In this document: positions 1-12,055 of the stretch, one piece after another | How the letters are laid out: each line of letters opens with the position of its first letter | Numbering within the stretch: position 1 is the first letter of the stretch | Origin: an uncultured Acidobacteriota bacterium | Lineage (GTDB): Bacteria > Acidobacteriota > Thermoanaerobaculia > Multivoradales > UBA5704 | Direction of reading: 5' to 3' | DNA length: 64,000 nt | NCBI GenBank assembly: GCA_963700145.1 | Contig: OY969474.1 | Coordinates: 3,744,001 to 3,808,000 of the forward strand | The notes under the pieces: generated by a model | Seen by the model: the letters and a program-made list of their open reading frames with translations, nothing else | Database searches by the model: none | Told to the model about the DNA's origin: nothing | Program-made: the position numbers and the translations under genes

Positions 1-142
1 TGATCCGCTTGGCCGGGTCCTTGTCGACGGCGCTCAGGAAGGGCCCGGAGTAGTCCCCCGGGACGGCGAAGAGGTGCGCGGCGCCGAACTCGGCGAGGCG
101 CGCGATCAGGTAGTCCTTGACGGTCGTCGTCGGCTCCGCCAT
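1..142 (-). CDS. ThDP-dependent alpha-keto acid decarboxylase (indolepyruvate/pyruvate decarboxylase family), 5' part; runs off the window
   Basis: Hand translation from ATG at 142 gives MAEPTTTVKDYLIARLAEFGAAHLFAVPGDYSGPFLSAVD, matching the PDC/IPDC N-terminus (TVxDYLxxRL...FGVPGDY). It starts 1 nt after the upstream stop. Not in the ORF track. Confidence 0.8.
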   Translation of the reverse strand, partial: MAEPTTTVKDYLIARLAEFGAAHLFAVPGDYSGPFLSAVDKDPAKRI

Positions 143-143
143 C

Positions 144-1805
144 TCAGTACCCCAGCGAGTAGTCGGACGGGAGCCACGACGGGCGCTTCAGCCCGAAGTG
201 CTCCTCGAGCATCAGCTCGGCGGTCTGCAGGGCGCCTTCGACCCAACCCTGGTTGATCGAGTAGGCCTCGCCGCAGATGAAGACCTGCTCGTCCGGCAGC
301 GGCTGCCGGACCTTCGGCATGATCTCCCAGAAACGCGTCCCCGCCTTCCAGGCGTGCCAGCCGCCGCCGTAGGGGTCGTCCGACCAGTCGTGGTAGGCGG
401 CGGTGTAGGGCTCGGGGACGAACTCGAGGCCGTGGACCACCCGTACCAGGTCCTGCGCCGCCGCGACCATCTGCTCGGTGATGGCGAACGGCGTGTCCGG
501 CACCGGGCTGCCGGAGACGAACGGGTTGGGGCGGCCGCGGAAGGCGTGCTCCTCCCCCAGCGTCTGCACCTCCAGCGCCTTCCAGAACGGCACGCTCCCC
601 AGGTCGTTGTAGCTGACCATCATCAGCGAGTTGTCGTTGGCGGGGTCGCCCCCCTTCTCCTCCCCTTCGGTCTGGAAGTAGAAGGTCTGGCGCAGCGGCA
701 TGTCGGTGATCGAGCGGCCGGCGCGCAGGCCGAGCACCCGCCACCAGGGGTAGGGGTAGCCGAGGAAGATCTTGAACGCCGCCTGGCTGATGACCGCGTT
801 GATCATCTCGCGCACCGACTGGTCCTGGATCAGCGGGTCCCAGCGCACCAGCTCGAGCGAGCGGCGCGGCATCGCCAGCACCACCTTCTGCGCCGACACC
901 TTGAGCGTCTCCTTGGGCCCGGGGATGGTGCGCGCGTTGGTGCGCCCGGAGGCGTCGGTCGCGGTGCGCACGAAGAGCAGTGAGTAGCCGTCGCCGTGCC
1001 GGGCCAGGGTGTCGAGGCGGCAGTTGGAGTGGAAGTCGCCCTCGATGTCGATGAACGCCTGCCCCACCGCCCGCGGCAGCGCCTCGTAGCCGGCCACCAG
1101 CGTCCGGTACTTGACCTTCGGGCCGAACTCGAAGACCGGCAGCGAGAGCACGGAGTTGGAGTTGGCGACGTTGGTGTAGTAGCCCCCCGCGTCGTCCATG
1201 AACTGGTAGGCCTCGCTGGTCAGGACGCGGTAGAGCAGGTTCCAGAACCCGGTCTTGTAGAGCTTCTCGCCGTTGAAGACCTCCACCTCGTTCCACTGGT
1301 CGGCGGTGAGCTTGTCGGCGTGCGGCACCAGCGAGTCCATGACGTAGCGCTGGAGCTGGTCCGGGTTCATCCCCTGCTCGGTCGGGTTCATCAGGTACGG
1401 CACGAGGGCGGGGTCGGTCAGGTCGCGCGCCCGCATCAGGCGCCGCCGCAGGTAGACCAGGTTGTTCTCGCCGCCGGGGTCGTCGGGGGCGCCCATCGGG
1501 AACTCGCGCGTCGGCAGCCCCTGGTTCTCGATCAGCTCGCGGACGAAGGTCTGCGTGTCGGGGATGTAGCGCATGCCGCCCAGCTCGGCGTTGACGTGCG
1601 GCATCCCCGGCAGCGGCAGCGAGTAGAGCCGGCCGCCGATCCGGTTGCTGTACTCGAAGAGGGCGATGCGCTGCTTGGGGTACTTCTGCTTCAGGCGCCA
1701 CGCCGCGTAGACCCCGGCGCAGCCGGCGCCGACGACGGCGACGTCGACCTCGAAGTCCGCTTCGTCCGAGGGCTCGAACGCTTCGTGCACCAGCGGTCTG
1801 GCCAT
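144..1805 (-). CDS. Flavin monoamine oxidase / L-amino acid oxidase family protein
   Basis: VAVVGAGCAG FAD-binding motif, E..RIGGR, ELGGMRY, and C-terminal ICGEAYS..QGWVEGAL. Confidence 0.85.
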   Translation of the reverse strand: MARPLVHEAFEPSDEADFEVDVAVVGAGCAGVYAAWRLKQKYPKQRIALFEYSNRIGGRLYSLPLPGMPHVNAELGGMRYIPDTQTFVRELIENQGLPTREFPMGAPDDPGGENNLVYLRRRLMRARDLTDPALVPYLMNPTEQGMNPDQLQRYVMDSLVPHADKLTADQWNEVEVFNGEKLYKTGFWNLLYRVLTSEAYQFMDDAGGYYTNVANSNSVLSLPVFEFGPKVKYRTLVAGYEALPRAVGQAFIDIEGDFHSNCRLDTLARHGDGYSLLFVRTATDASGRTNARTIPGPKETLKVSAQKVVLAMPRRSLELVRWDPLIQDQSVREMINAVISQAAFKIFLGYPYPWWRVLGLRAGRSITDMPLRQTFYFQTEGEEKGGDPANDNSLMMVSYNDLGSVPFWKALEVQTLGEEHAFRGRPNPFVSGSPVPDTPFAITEQMVAAAQDLVRVVHGLEFVPEPYTAAYHDWSDDPYGGGWHAWKAGTRFWEIMPKVRQPLPDEQVFICGEAYSINQGWVEGALQTAELMLEEHFGLKRPSWLPSDYSLGY

Positions 1806-1838
1806 GATCTCTCCTGTCGGTCGGTGCGGCGGAGCATC

Positions 1839-3630
<1,792 letters not shown>

Positions 3631-3911
3631 GGCGGGCTCCTGAGGAAGGTTCGCGGGCATTCTAGCCCGCGGCCGAGAGCGAGGCGGCCGCCGCCCGGTC
3701 GGCCGGGATGAAGCGCGCCGGGTATGGCTCGGGTCGCCTTCCGGCACCCTTGTAGCGGGACAACCGCCGCCTTCGCCGCGCCCGCCACGAAGAGAGGTAT
3801 AGAGAAAGGGACCGGGCCTGATTAACGGCTCGCGGCTCAAGGTAAGCAGCCAGCTGCTCTTCAGCCCCGATGGTCCGTGATCGTTCGCGACTCGAATTGG
3901 CTAAAGCGACA

Positions 3912-5330
3912 TCACACTAGGGCGGCAGTGCTCGACGGGTTAGTAGCAACTAGCCCTTTCCCACTCTCGACCGCCCCGCCCCCCGTGAGCGCCCGCCCGA
4001 ACCTTTCGTAGCTATCTTCAAGGTTTTGAATGCCCGGCAATATCTCGCCACCCAGCATCTTTATCAAGGCTCCGCCCGCCAAGCTCAAGTAATCAATTTC
4101 TGTTTCGCGAATTGCGAATTCTCTGAGCATAGCAGTCGTATCACCGCCACCCATCACAACGTATATTCTGTCCTTAACCTGCGGGCTTATTACAAACTCC
4201 AGAAGCTTACGTGAACCGGTATTAAAGTCTATCGATAGATCGTAGGCGCCCATCGGTCCCTTAATGTAGACCATCAGTTGCTGATCAGCATCCAGACCTT
4301 CAACTTCTCGCTGAATCACATTCTCGTAAAGGCGAACCGTTCCATCGCCGATATCGTACGCGCCGAATTCTCGCGGCACTTCTGAAACTTTGTGGACTGA
4401 ACGTGCAGAGCCGTTACTAGTGCCCGCTACATCGATCGGCAGGACAAAGGTCTTTTCATGACCTCGTAAGAGAGCCTCTACCTTTGGCAAGTAATCCAAA
4501 AGGCTCTTCCCTTTCGAATCTCGTCTCTCAAGAAGACGCCGAGTCTCGCTCCCAAGATCGTATCCCTTTGCAACAAGGCAGAGATTTGCCAGTAAACCGC
4601 CGGTCAAGATGTGTCTAACCAAGCCCTCTCGCAGCGCTCGCTCAATCAGACTGAAGTAGTCCTGAATCTTTGTACCACCGAGCATGAAAATGCTGCTAGG
4701 ATTCTCAGCCTTGAGAAAACGTGTCTTCAAAGTGTCAACCGTAGAGAGTTCTTCGTGAAGGTTGGGGCCAGCTATGTTGGGAATGTCCTGGAACCCAACC
4801 ACTGAGCGATGTGAGCGGTGAGCTATCGAGAAAGCGTCCAACACGAAGAATTCGACACCGCATTTCTCTATAAGGTCGCGTATGAAGCGAGATTTGGCGT
4901 GCTCTGAAGGAGGGAGGCTCTGTGATTCGCCGGGCAGGAATCTGAGATTCTCCAAGAGCAGCGCGGTCCCTCCCTTCATTCTGCTGATCGCCTTTATTGT
5001 ATCCTCGTTAAGGGTGTCATCGATGAATGTGTTGCCAATATAGTCGATGTCTCCTGTGATGTTCGGCCGAAGGCTTCTTTGAATGAATCCAGTTCCAATA
5101 TAACTGAGGTCGCCTGGCCGACCGTTATGAGTGCCCACGATGACTCTCGCGCCTTTCTCAAGTGCCAAGCGCCTGATCGTGCGCGCGGAACGAATGATTC
5201 GGGCGTTGGCCTGGATATCTCCATGCGCCACGGTAGTGTTTGTGTCAACGCGAAGGAAAACCACTTTATTTCGAAATACTTCGCTGCCATACAAATCTTC
5301 GATGAGGTCGATGGTCAGGTAGCGAAGCAT
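3912..5330 (-). CDS. pgk: Phosphoglycerate kinase family protein, divergent/archaeal-like, in a lower-GC insert
   Basis: RVDTN, HNGRP, LLENLRF, DAFSIAHRSH, LGGTK, YDIG, GPMG, GGGDT, GGA motifs; AGGAGG RBS before ATG 5330. Confidence 0.85.
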   Translation of the reverse strand: MLRYLTIDLIEDLYGSEVFRNKVVFLRVDTNTTVAHGDIQANARIIRSARTIRRLALEKGARVIVGTHNGRPGDLSYIGTGFIQRSLRPNITGDIDYIGNTFIDDTLNEDTIKAISRMKGGTALLLENLRFLPGESQSLPPSEHAKSRFIRDLIEKCGVEFFVLDAFSIAHRSHRSVVGFQDIPNIAGPNLHEELSTVDTLKTRFLKAENPSSIFMLGGTKIQDYFSLIERALREGLVRHILTGGLLANLCLVAKGYDLGSETRRLLERRDSKGKSLLDYLPKVEALLRGHEKTFVLPIDVAGTSNGSARSVHKVSEVPREFGAYDIGDGTVRLYENVIQREVEGLDADQQLMVYIKGPMGAYDLSIDFNTGSRKLLEFVISPQVKDRIYVVMGGGDTTAMLREFAIRETEIDYLSLAGGALIKMLGGEILPGIQNLEDSYERFGRALTGGGAVESGKGLVATNPSSTAALV

Positions 5331-5343
5331 AGAACCTCCTTGG

Positions 5344-5625
5344 TCAGGAGATTGCATTGCCCTTGGATGACAGTTGCCATGAGAGAATGTACTCGGTGGA
5401 GTCGTACCTGTGGACGGTGGATGACACCTCGAGATAGCCGTCGATCTCGAGTTCGTGTAAGAGGTGGAGAAACTCGATCTCGGTCACGGAGAACCCATGG
5501 GGTACACCGTGCTGCAGAAACTCGCGATCCGTGTCGCATCCTTCTACTAGCCGTGACTCGAATACACCAGCGACCTGGATCAACTCCAGAAGACGCAGCT
5601 TGTCGGGATCGACGAGCGTGGACAT
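5344..5625 (-). CDS. Small hypothetical protein, possibly winged-helix fold
   Basis: AGGAGG RBS; LHLLHELEIDGYL...WQLSSKG resembles a wHTH helix plus wing; lies directly upstream of the pgk-like gene. Confidence 0.6.
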   Translation of the reverse strand: MSTLVDPDKLRLLELIQVAGVFESRLVEGCDTDREFLQHGVPHGFSVTEIEFLHLLHELEIDGYLEVSSTVHRYDSTEYILSWQLSSKGNAIS

Positions 5626-5998
5626 CGTTAGATCCTCCTGCGGGCTACGTCGGAGCGGGGAAGGCGCACACTCAGCATTTTGGGCATCTGTGGCGGGCGG
5701 CTTGGCGTACGCGCCTCCTCGCCCTGCGCGACTCCCGAGGCACTACTCCCTAGGACCGACATGCTGCCGATGGCCTCTTCATGGGACCACACGGAGAACT
5801 CAGGTTGGCGGCAGCGCCGCGGTAGTCCTCGGCGAGGCGCACGGGATGCCCATACGCTGTCATTACCGCGCTCAACCTACCAGATGCCTCACCGCGTCGC
5901 AACCCCCTGGGCCTACGGAGGTTGCGATTCTTGATCTTCGCTTGCACGGTCGCGCACGCGCTCGGTGAAGGTCTTGACTCGGGTGTGACGGATCGGGC

Positions 5999-6763
5999 TC
6001 AGGATGCAAGATACGATGCCGCGCGGTCGGCGATCCATAGGAGCTCGCCGTCCTCGGGGCGGATGAGCCGCGCCGGGGTGCGGCTCGGGTCGCCGTCCGG
6101 CGCCCGCGCGGCGCGCAGGGCCGCGGCCTTCGCCGCGCCCGCCACCAGGAAGAGGAAGCAGCGCGCGCGGTTGAAGGCCGGGACCGTCAGCGTCAGCCGC
6201 CAGGCGGCGAGCTTCTCGACCCAGACCGCCGCCGCCAGCCGCTGCCGCTCGGCGAGCACCGCGCTGCCGGGGAAGAGCGACGCGGTGTGGCCGTCCTCGC
6301 CCAGCCCCATGAGCACCAGGTCGAAGCGCGGCGGCTCGCCGGCCGCGAGGCCGAAAACCGCGCGCAACGTCGCCTCGTAGGCCGCCGCTGCCTCCTCGGG
6401 GGGCAGCTCGGTGCGCCAGCGGTGGAGGTTCCCGGGCGGCGCCGGCACCCGCGAGAGCATCGCCTCCCAGCTCATCCCGAAGTTGCTCTCGGGGTGAGCG
6501 GGCGGCACGTAGCGCTCGTCCCCCCAGAAGAATCGCGCCCGCTCCCAGGGGAAGGCGCCGCGCAGCGCGGGCTCCTCGGCCAGCAGCTCGTACAGGCGCC
6601 GCGGCGTGCTGCCGCCCGAGAGCACCCAGGAGAAGGTGCCCCGCGCCGCGACCGCCGCCGCGGCGCGCGCGACGATCTCCCCGGCCGCCGCCCGCGCCGC
6701 CTCCTCGGCGTCGGCGGCGACCCGCAGCGCGCCCGCTACGCCTTCGGCTCCCACATCCGCCAC
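5999..6763 (-). CDS. pgl: 6-phosphogluconolactonase
   Basis: [16 protein letters not shown]...[24 protein letters not shown]; follows zwf; start approximate. Confidence 0.95.
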   Translation of the reverse strand: MADVGAEGVAGALRVAADAEEAARAAAGEIVARAAAAVAARGTFSWVLSGGSTPRRLYELLAEEPALRGAFPWERARFFWGDERYVPPAHPESNFGMSWEAMLSRVPAPPGNLHRWRTELPPEEAAAAYEATLRAVFGLAAGEPPRFDLVLMGLGEDGHTASLFPGSAVLAERQRLAAAVWVEKLAAWRLTLTVPAFNRARCFLFLVAGAAKAAALRAARAPDGDPSRTPARLIRPEDGELLWIADRAASYLAS

Positions 6764-8244
6764 TTCCGGCCGTCGCGGGCCATCAGCTCGTCCGCCTCCG
6801 GCGGCCCCCAGGAGCCGGCGGGGTAGTCGGGGAAGTCGCGCGGCGGCAGCGCCTCCCAGACGTCGAGCACCGGCGTCAGGATGCTCCAGGCCACCTCCAC
6901 CATGTCGGCGCGCTGGAAGAGCGTGCGGTCGCCGGTCATGCAGTCGTAGAGCAGCGTCTCGTAGCCGGTGGCGGGCTCGGTGCCGAAGTAATCCGAGTAG
7001 CAGAACTCCATCTCGACGTTGCCGAGCCGCACCTCGGGGCCGGGGACCTTGGCGCCGAAGCGCAGCGCGATCCCCTCGTCGGGCTGGATGCGGACGACCA
7101 GGAGGTTGGCGCGCAGCCGCTCGACCGAGGTGCCGCGGAAGAGCTCGAAGGGCGCGCGCTTGAACTCGATGGCGATCTCGGTGACGCGGCGGGGGAGGCG
7201 CTTGCCGGTGCGCAGGTAGAAGGGCACGCCGGCCCACCGCCAGTTGTCGATGCCGAGCTTGAGCGCGACGAAGGTCGGTGTCGGCGAGCCCGGCGCCACG
7301 TCCGGCTCCTGCCGGTAGCCGGGCACGGGCTTGCCGTCGATTTCGCCCGGCCCGTACTGGCCGCGCACCGCGCAGTGCAGCACCTCCTGCGGCGCCAGCG
7401 GCGGGATGGCCTTCAGGATCTTCACCTTCTCGTCGCTCACCGCGTCGGCCTCGAAGGAGATCGGCGGCTCCATGGCGGTGATCGAGAGGAGCTGGAAGAG
7501 GTGGTTGGGCACCATGTCGCGCAGCGCCCCGGCCTCCTCGTAGTAGCGGCCGCGCCGCTCGACCCCCAGCTCCTCGGCCACGGTGATCTGCACGTGATCG
7601 ACGTAGCGGCGGTTCCAGATCGGCTCGAAGATGCCGTTGGCGAAGCGGAAGACGAGGAGGTTCTGGACGGTCTCTTTGCCCAGGTAGTGGTCGATGCGGT
7701 AGACCTGCGTCTCGGCCAGCACCTCGCGGATGGCGGCGTTGAGCGCCACGGCGCTGGGGTAGTCGCGGCCGAAGGGCTTCTCGATCACGACTCGCCGCCA
7801 GCCGTCGCGCTCGGCGAGGAGGCCCACCTTGCCCAGCCGCTTGAGGGTGGGGACGAAGAGGCTCGGCGGCACGGCGAGGTAGAAGAGCGCGTTGCCGCCG
7901 GTCTCGTGGGCCGCGTCGAGCTCGCGCAGGCGCTCGGCGACGGCGCGGTAGGTGGCTGCGTCCTCGAGGTCGCCCCGGAGGTGGTGGAGGCGGGCGAGGA
8001 GCCCCTTCCAAGCGTCCTCCTCGACCGGCCCGGCCGCGTGCTCGCGTACCGCGCGGTCCATCTCGGCGCGGTAGGCCTCGTCGGAGAGCTCCTGGCTGCT
8101 TACCGCGAGGACCGCGAAGCGCTCGGCGAGGAGGCGCGCCTCGGCGAGGTTGAGGAGGGCGGGCAGGAGCTTGCGGCGAGTGAGGTCGCCGGTGCCGCCG
8201 AAGATGACCAGGACGCAGGGGTCGGCGGGGCGGGGGGCGTCCAC
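6736..8244 (-). CDS. zwf: Glucose-6-phosphate 1-dehydrogenase
   Basis: [37 protein letters not shown]; GTG start at 8244. Confidence 0.97.
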   Translation of the reverse strand: MDAPRPADPCVLVIFGGTGDLTRRKLLPALLNLAEARLLAERFAVLAVSSQELSDEAYRAEMDRAVREHAAGPVEEDAWKGLLARLHHLRGDLEDAATYRAVAERLRELDAAHETGGNALFYLAVPPSLFVPTLKRLGKVGLLAERDGWRRVVIEKPFGRDYPSAVALNAAIREVLAETQVYRIDHYLGKETVQNLLVFRFANGIFEPIWNRRYVDHVQITVAEELGVERRGRYYEEAGALRDMVPNHLFQLLSITAMEPPISFEADAVSDEKVKILKAIPPLAPQEVLHCAVRGQYGPGEIDGKPVPGYRQEPDVAPGSPTPTFVALKLGIDNWRWAGVPFYLRTGKRLPRRVTEIAIEFKRAPFELFRGTSVERLRANLLVVRIQPDEGIALRFGAKVPGPEVRLGNVEMEFCYSDYFGTEPATGYETLLYDCMTGDRTLFQRADMVEVAWSILTPVLDVWEALPPRDFPDYPAGSWGPPEADELMARDGRKWRMWEPKA

Positions 8245-8249
8245 GCGGT

Positions 8250-9257
<1,008 letters not shown>

Positions 9258-9316
9258 CGCGTTGCCAATCTCCTTTGCCATTGCCATTGTAGAATGGCAG
9301 CAAGCGGGAGGCCAAG

Positions 9317-9571
9317 GTGGAGACGACACTAGACAAGTTCGGACGAGTCGTTCTGCCAAAGCAGGTGCGGGACAGCCTCGGGCTCGAGGCTGGCTCAGTC
9401 CTGCGCATCGAGCAGGCTCCCGGGGAGATCCGCCTCACCCCCGTCGAGGAGAAGCCCTCCTTAGTCTGGCGGGATGGTCTACTCGTGTTCGTCGGCGAGA
9501 TCGAGGGGGACCTCGATGACGCGGTTCGGCGGCAGCGCGAAGAGCGCCTGAAAAAGCTCGTCCGGGGCTGA
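9317..9571 (+). CDS. AbrB/MazE/SpoVT-family antitoxin (VapB-like)
   Basis: [21 protein letters not shown] AbrB signature; directly upstream of a PIN gene. Confidence 0.9.
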   Translation: METTLDKFGRVVLPKQVRDSLGLEAGSVLRIEQAPGEIRLTPVEEKPSLVWRDGLLVFVGEIEGDLDDAVRRQREERLKKLVRG

Positions 9572-9577
9572 GACGCC

Positions 9578-10012
9578 TTGAAGGTGCTCTTCGACACCTC
9601 GGTGATCGTGGCCGCCCTGGTCGCCGGGCACGTCCACCACGCGCGGGCCTCCGCCTGGCTGCGCCGGGCTCACTCACCCGAGCTGCAGCTCGTCGTGGCG
9701 ACCCACACTCTCGCCGAGCTCTACTCCGTTCTCACCGCACTACCTTCGCGGCCGCGCATCTCGCCGCGAGAAGCCTTCTCTTTGATTCAGGAGAACGTCG
9801 AGCGGCACGCGCGCCTGGTGTCGCTCTCCGAGGCCGACTACACAGCCACCTTGCGTGATCTCGCCGCGCGCTCCTTGGCGGGTGGAGTGGTCTTCGACGC
9901 CCTACTGGTGCGCGCGGCGCGCAACGCGGAAGTGGACCAGCTGCTGACGCTGAACCTGAGCGACTTCCGCAGGATCTGGCCCGAAGGGGAAGGAATCCTG
10001 ATCGAGCCCTGA
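9578..10012 (+). CDS. PIN-domain toxin (VapC-like)
   Basis: [25 protein letters not shown] acidic PIN residues. Confidence 0.92.
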   Translation: MKVLFDTSVIVAALVAGHVHHARASAWLRRAHSPELQLVVATHTLAELYSVLTALPSRPRISPREAFSLIQENVERHARLVSLSEADYTATLRDLAARSLAGGVVFDALLVRAARNAEVDQLLTLNLSDFRRIWPEGEGILIEP

Positions 10013-10038
10013 AGTCGGGTCCTAGGCTTCAGAGATAG

Positions 10039-10640
10039 CTAGACCAGGATTGCGTCCAGGACGAGTATCACCAACGTCACGACCAAGCAAACAACACCAT
10101 TCCGGATGCATCGGTAGCACCGCCTAGAGTATGTTGCGAACACCAAATTGTACGCTTGGTTGAGTTGAATGGCGTTTAGTATGACGTCCTTCAAAGAGTC
10201 GTTCACCATCACTGCATCACATGGCATTCTCGGCTGGAGGTACAAATCGTACAGCTCCTCCGGCTTGACTATTCGCAGAGCGAACCAAACGGCGCCGAGT
10301 AGATATGGCAAAGGCGCTAGGATTGCCACCCCAAGTATCCACACGGGGATCACGTGGGCGCCGCGACCGAAGAGGCCCGTTGCACCAAGTGTGAACGCAC
10401 TCATAACCGCTACCGAACCAAGAAAGGCTTGGCCTCGCCGATGCATTAGCTCCCTACGATACAGCTCCGACCGTAGCGTTCCTTTAAAGCGTCCTCCGTT
10501 AGTTGGCGGTATTTGGTCCATGAGCTGTCGAGGGGGTCTCCTTGCTCCCACTTTCTCTGTTGCGCGCTGATGCGCGCGCGGACCTGCCGGACAATAGACC
10601 GGTCGACGAAAAAGGGAAGCAACTCGTCAGCGAGCTTCAG
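10039..10640 (-). pseudogene. Membrane protein with about 3 TM segments (Pycsar-effector-like topology), apparently frameshifted near 10476
   Basis: The C-terminal frame has three hydrophobic segments. A second frame overlapping the ATP-grasp stop (LKLADELLPFFVDRSIV...LTEDALKER) joins it with one extra base. Real lesion or sequencing error. Confidence 0.6.
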
Positions 10641-11562
10641 ACGGTTCTCCCAGAAGCTCGTCTACTATGGCTTCGGAAATGCGCCCCTCGAAAACTACGT
10701 CAAGCCAACCCCATTCTCCGGTAGGATTTACCTCAAGGAACAGGTAGTCATTCCGTACGCGCGCCAAATCAATCGCACCATAGCGAAGGCCTAGGCGCCG
10801 CAACAGCGCTAAGCAGCTAGCTTTCAACGCCGGGGTGCCGTTGAACGGACGGAATGCAACCTGTTCCTTTCGTAGTCTCCAATCGCCAATGACCGGCTCA
10901 GCAGTCTCAGCAAAGAAGCACCGCTCTCCGACGACGGTGACTCGAATGTCTGTCTTGGGTTCGACGTTCTGCTGCAGAATGAGCGGCATTTCTCGACAGA
11001 AGGCTTCTGTCAACTGATCTGGTGGAAGTGCCGTGGTGTAGAAGAAGAGATCCTCTCCACCGAGGCGCAGCAAGAATGAGTCCAATGCCTTAACCGCGAT
11101 TCGCTCCGCATTCGCAAGAGAGGTAGGCAGATAGTTCGCGACAGCGGTACGTGGAACCTGGAATCCGAGAGAGTTTGCGACTGCCAGCTGGAAAGGCTTG
11201 CTCTCCGCGGCATAGGTGCTCGTAGGGTGGTTCACCCATCGCGCACGCCGAAAGACAATAAGCGACCGCGCAAAGGCGGCCCATTGGTGCCTACTGAGTA
11301 GCTCCTCTGGAGAGTATCGATGGCCGCTGCTCTCTCTTAGATGGGTTGGAGCGCGGTAGAGAATAGCTCGCGGATCGCGAACTTCGCGCGGCTCCCCGTT
11401 TGCAATTACATGCCTGAGCAGTGGCTGAAGCGGGTCAAGGAGGATTTGGTCTAATGCAAGGAGATCGAGGTCAAGGCGCCAATAAGCAACGTTACGGGAC
11501 CTGAGAACTTCGACCACCGAATCGGTGGCCAAGTCGCGCGAGTTCGTGACCAGTAAGATCAA
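10627..11562 (-). CDS. ATP-grasp ligase, MvdC/MvdD (graspetide synthetase)-like
   Basis: ILLVTNSRDLATD, WVNHP...AESKPFQL, VAVK-like IAVKAL, QQNVEPKTDIRVTVVG, DWR, GAIDL, FLEVNPTGEWGWL. Confidence 0.9.
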   Translation of the reverse strand: MILLVTNSRDLATDSVVEVLRSRNVAYWRLDLDLLALDQILLDPLQPLLRHVIANGEPREVRDPRAILYRAPTHLRESSGHRYSPEELLSRHQWAAFARSLIVFRRARWVNHPTSTYAAESKPFQLAVANSLGFQVPRTAVANYLPTSLANAERIAVKALDSFLLRLGGEDLFFYTTALPPDQLTEAFCREMPLILQQNVEPKTDIRVTVVGERCFFAETAEPVIGDWRLRKEQVAFRPFNGTPALKASCLALLRRLGLRYGAIDLARVRNDYLFLEVNPTGEWGWLDVVFEGRISEAIVDELLGEPSEAR

Positions 11563-11571
11563 TGGAGTGAA

Positions 11572-11772
11572 TCACGGCCCTTTCATGTCTTCTCCTGTCT
11601 CGTGATCGCACTTCTTGGACGCGGGCGGCCGTCGTAGCAGGCCTTGCCCTTCTGCCATAGTGCCAGGCTCCGGCTGCCAAGCACCGATACGCCTGCAATA
11701 GCGCCAGCCTTCCGGCTCAGGATCAGTAGCGTTAGGAAATCTGGCGCTCAGTTCGATTAACAAGTGGCTCAT
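11572..11772 (-). CDS. Putative graspetide (RiPP) precursor peptide
   Basis: 66 aa ORF ending 9 nt before the ATP-grasp start; GGAG RBS; C-terminal core SKKCDHETGEDMKG has Ser/Thr/Lys nucleophiles and Asp/Glu acceptors. Confidence 0.8.
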   Translation of the reverse strand: MSHLLIELSARFPNATDPEPEGWRYCRRIGAWQPEPGTMAEGQGLLRRPPASKKCDHETGEDMKGP

Positions 11773-11784
11773 GGCTGACCGCTC

Positions 11785-11901
11785 CTATTTCCCGAGACTT
11801 CGGTACAGGATCTTAGGACGGGCAAGCATTGTGACGATGCACTCAACTCCGCGCGAGCTCAGTAACTCGATGAACTCTCTCAAGTCTTTCTGCAGACTCA
11901 C
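11785..11901 (-). pseudogene. Truncated nucleotidyltransferase (MNT-like) N-terminus
   Basis: GTG-started MSLQKDLREFIELLSSRGVECIV resembles the N-terminus DLREFIELLNxxxVEYLVVGG, then breaks off into low-GC sequence. Confidence 0.6.
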
Positions 11902-12037
11902 CGAGCGACTCCCGGTACCTGGCGATCAGCTCCAGCAGAAGATCGAGGCGCTGCTGGGGCGTGAGGCTCGCGTAGTACTCCGCGTCGGCGCGGTCGGCCT
12001 CGTCGAAGCCGCGGAAGACCTGTAGAGCTCGCTCCAT
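11843..12037 (-). CDS. Small protein of the type usually preceding an MNT nucleotidyltransferase (TA-like partner)
   Basis: FDEADRADAEYYASLTPQQRL motif; TATAGT 7 nt upstream of ATG. Confidence 0.7.
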   Translation of the reverse strand: MERALQVFRGFDEADRADAEYYASLTPQQRLDLLLELIARYRESLGESAERLERVHRVTELARS

Positions 12038-12055
12038 CGACTGAACTATACGCCG

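Noticed and set aside
5640-5990. Short ORFs in the lower-GC spacer upstream of the PGK insert
   Set aside because: No RBS or motif support and mutually overlapping; treated as intergenic
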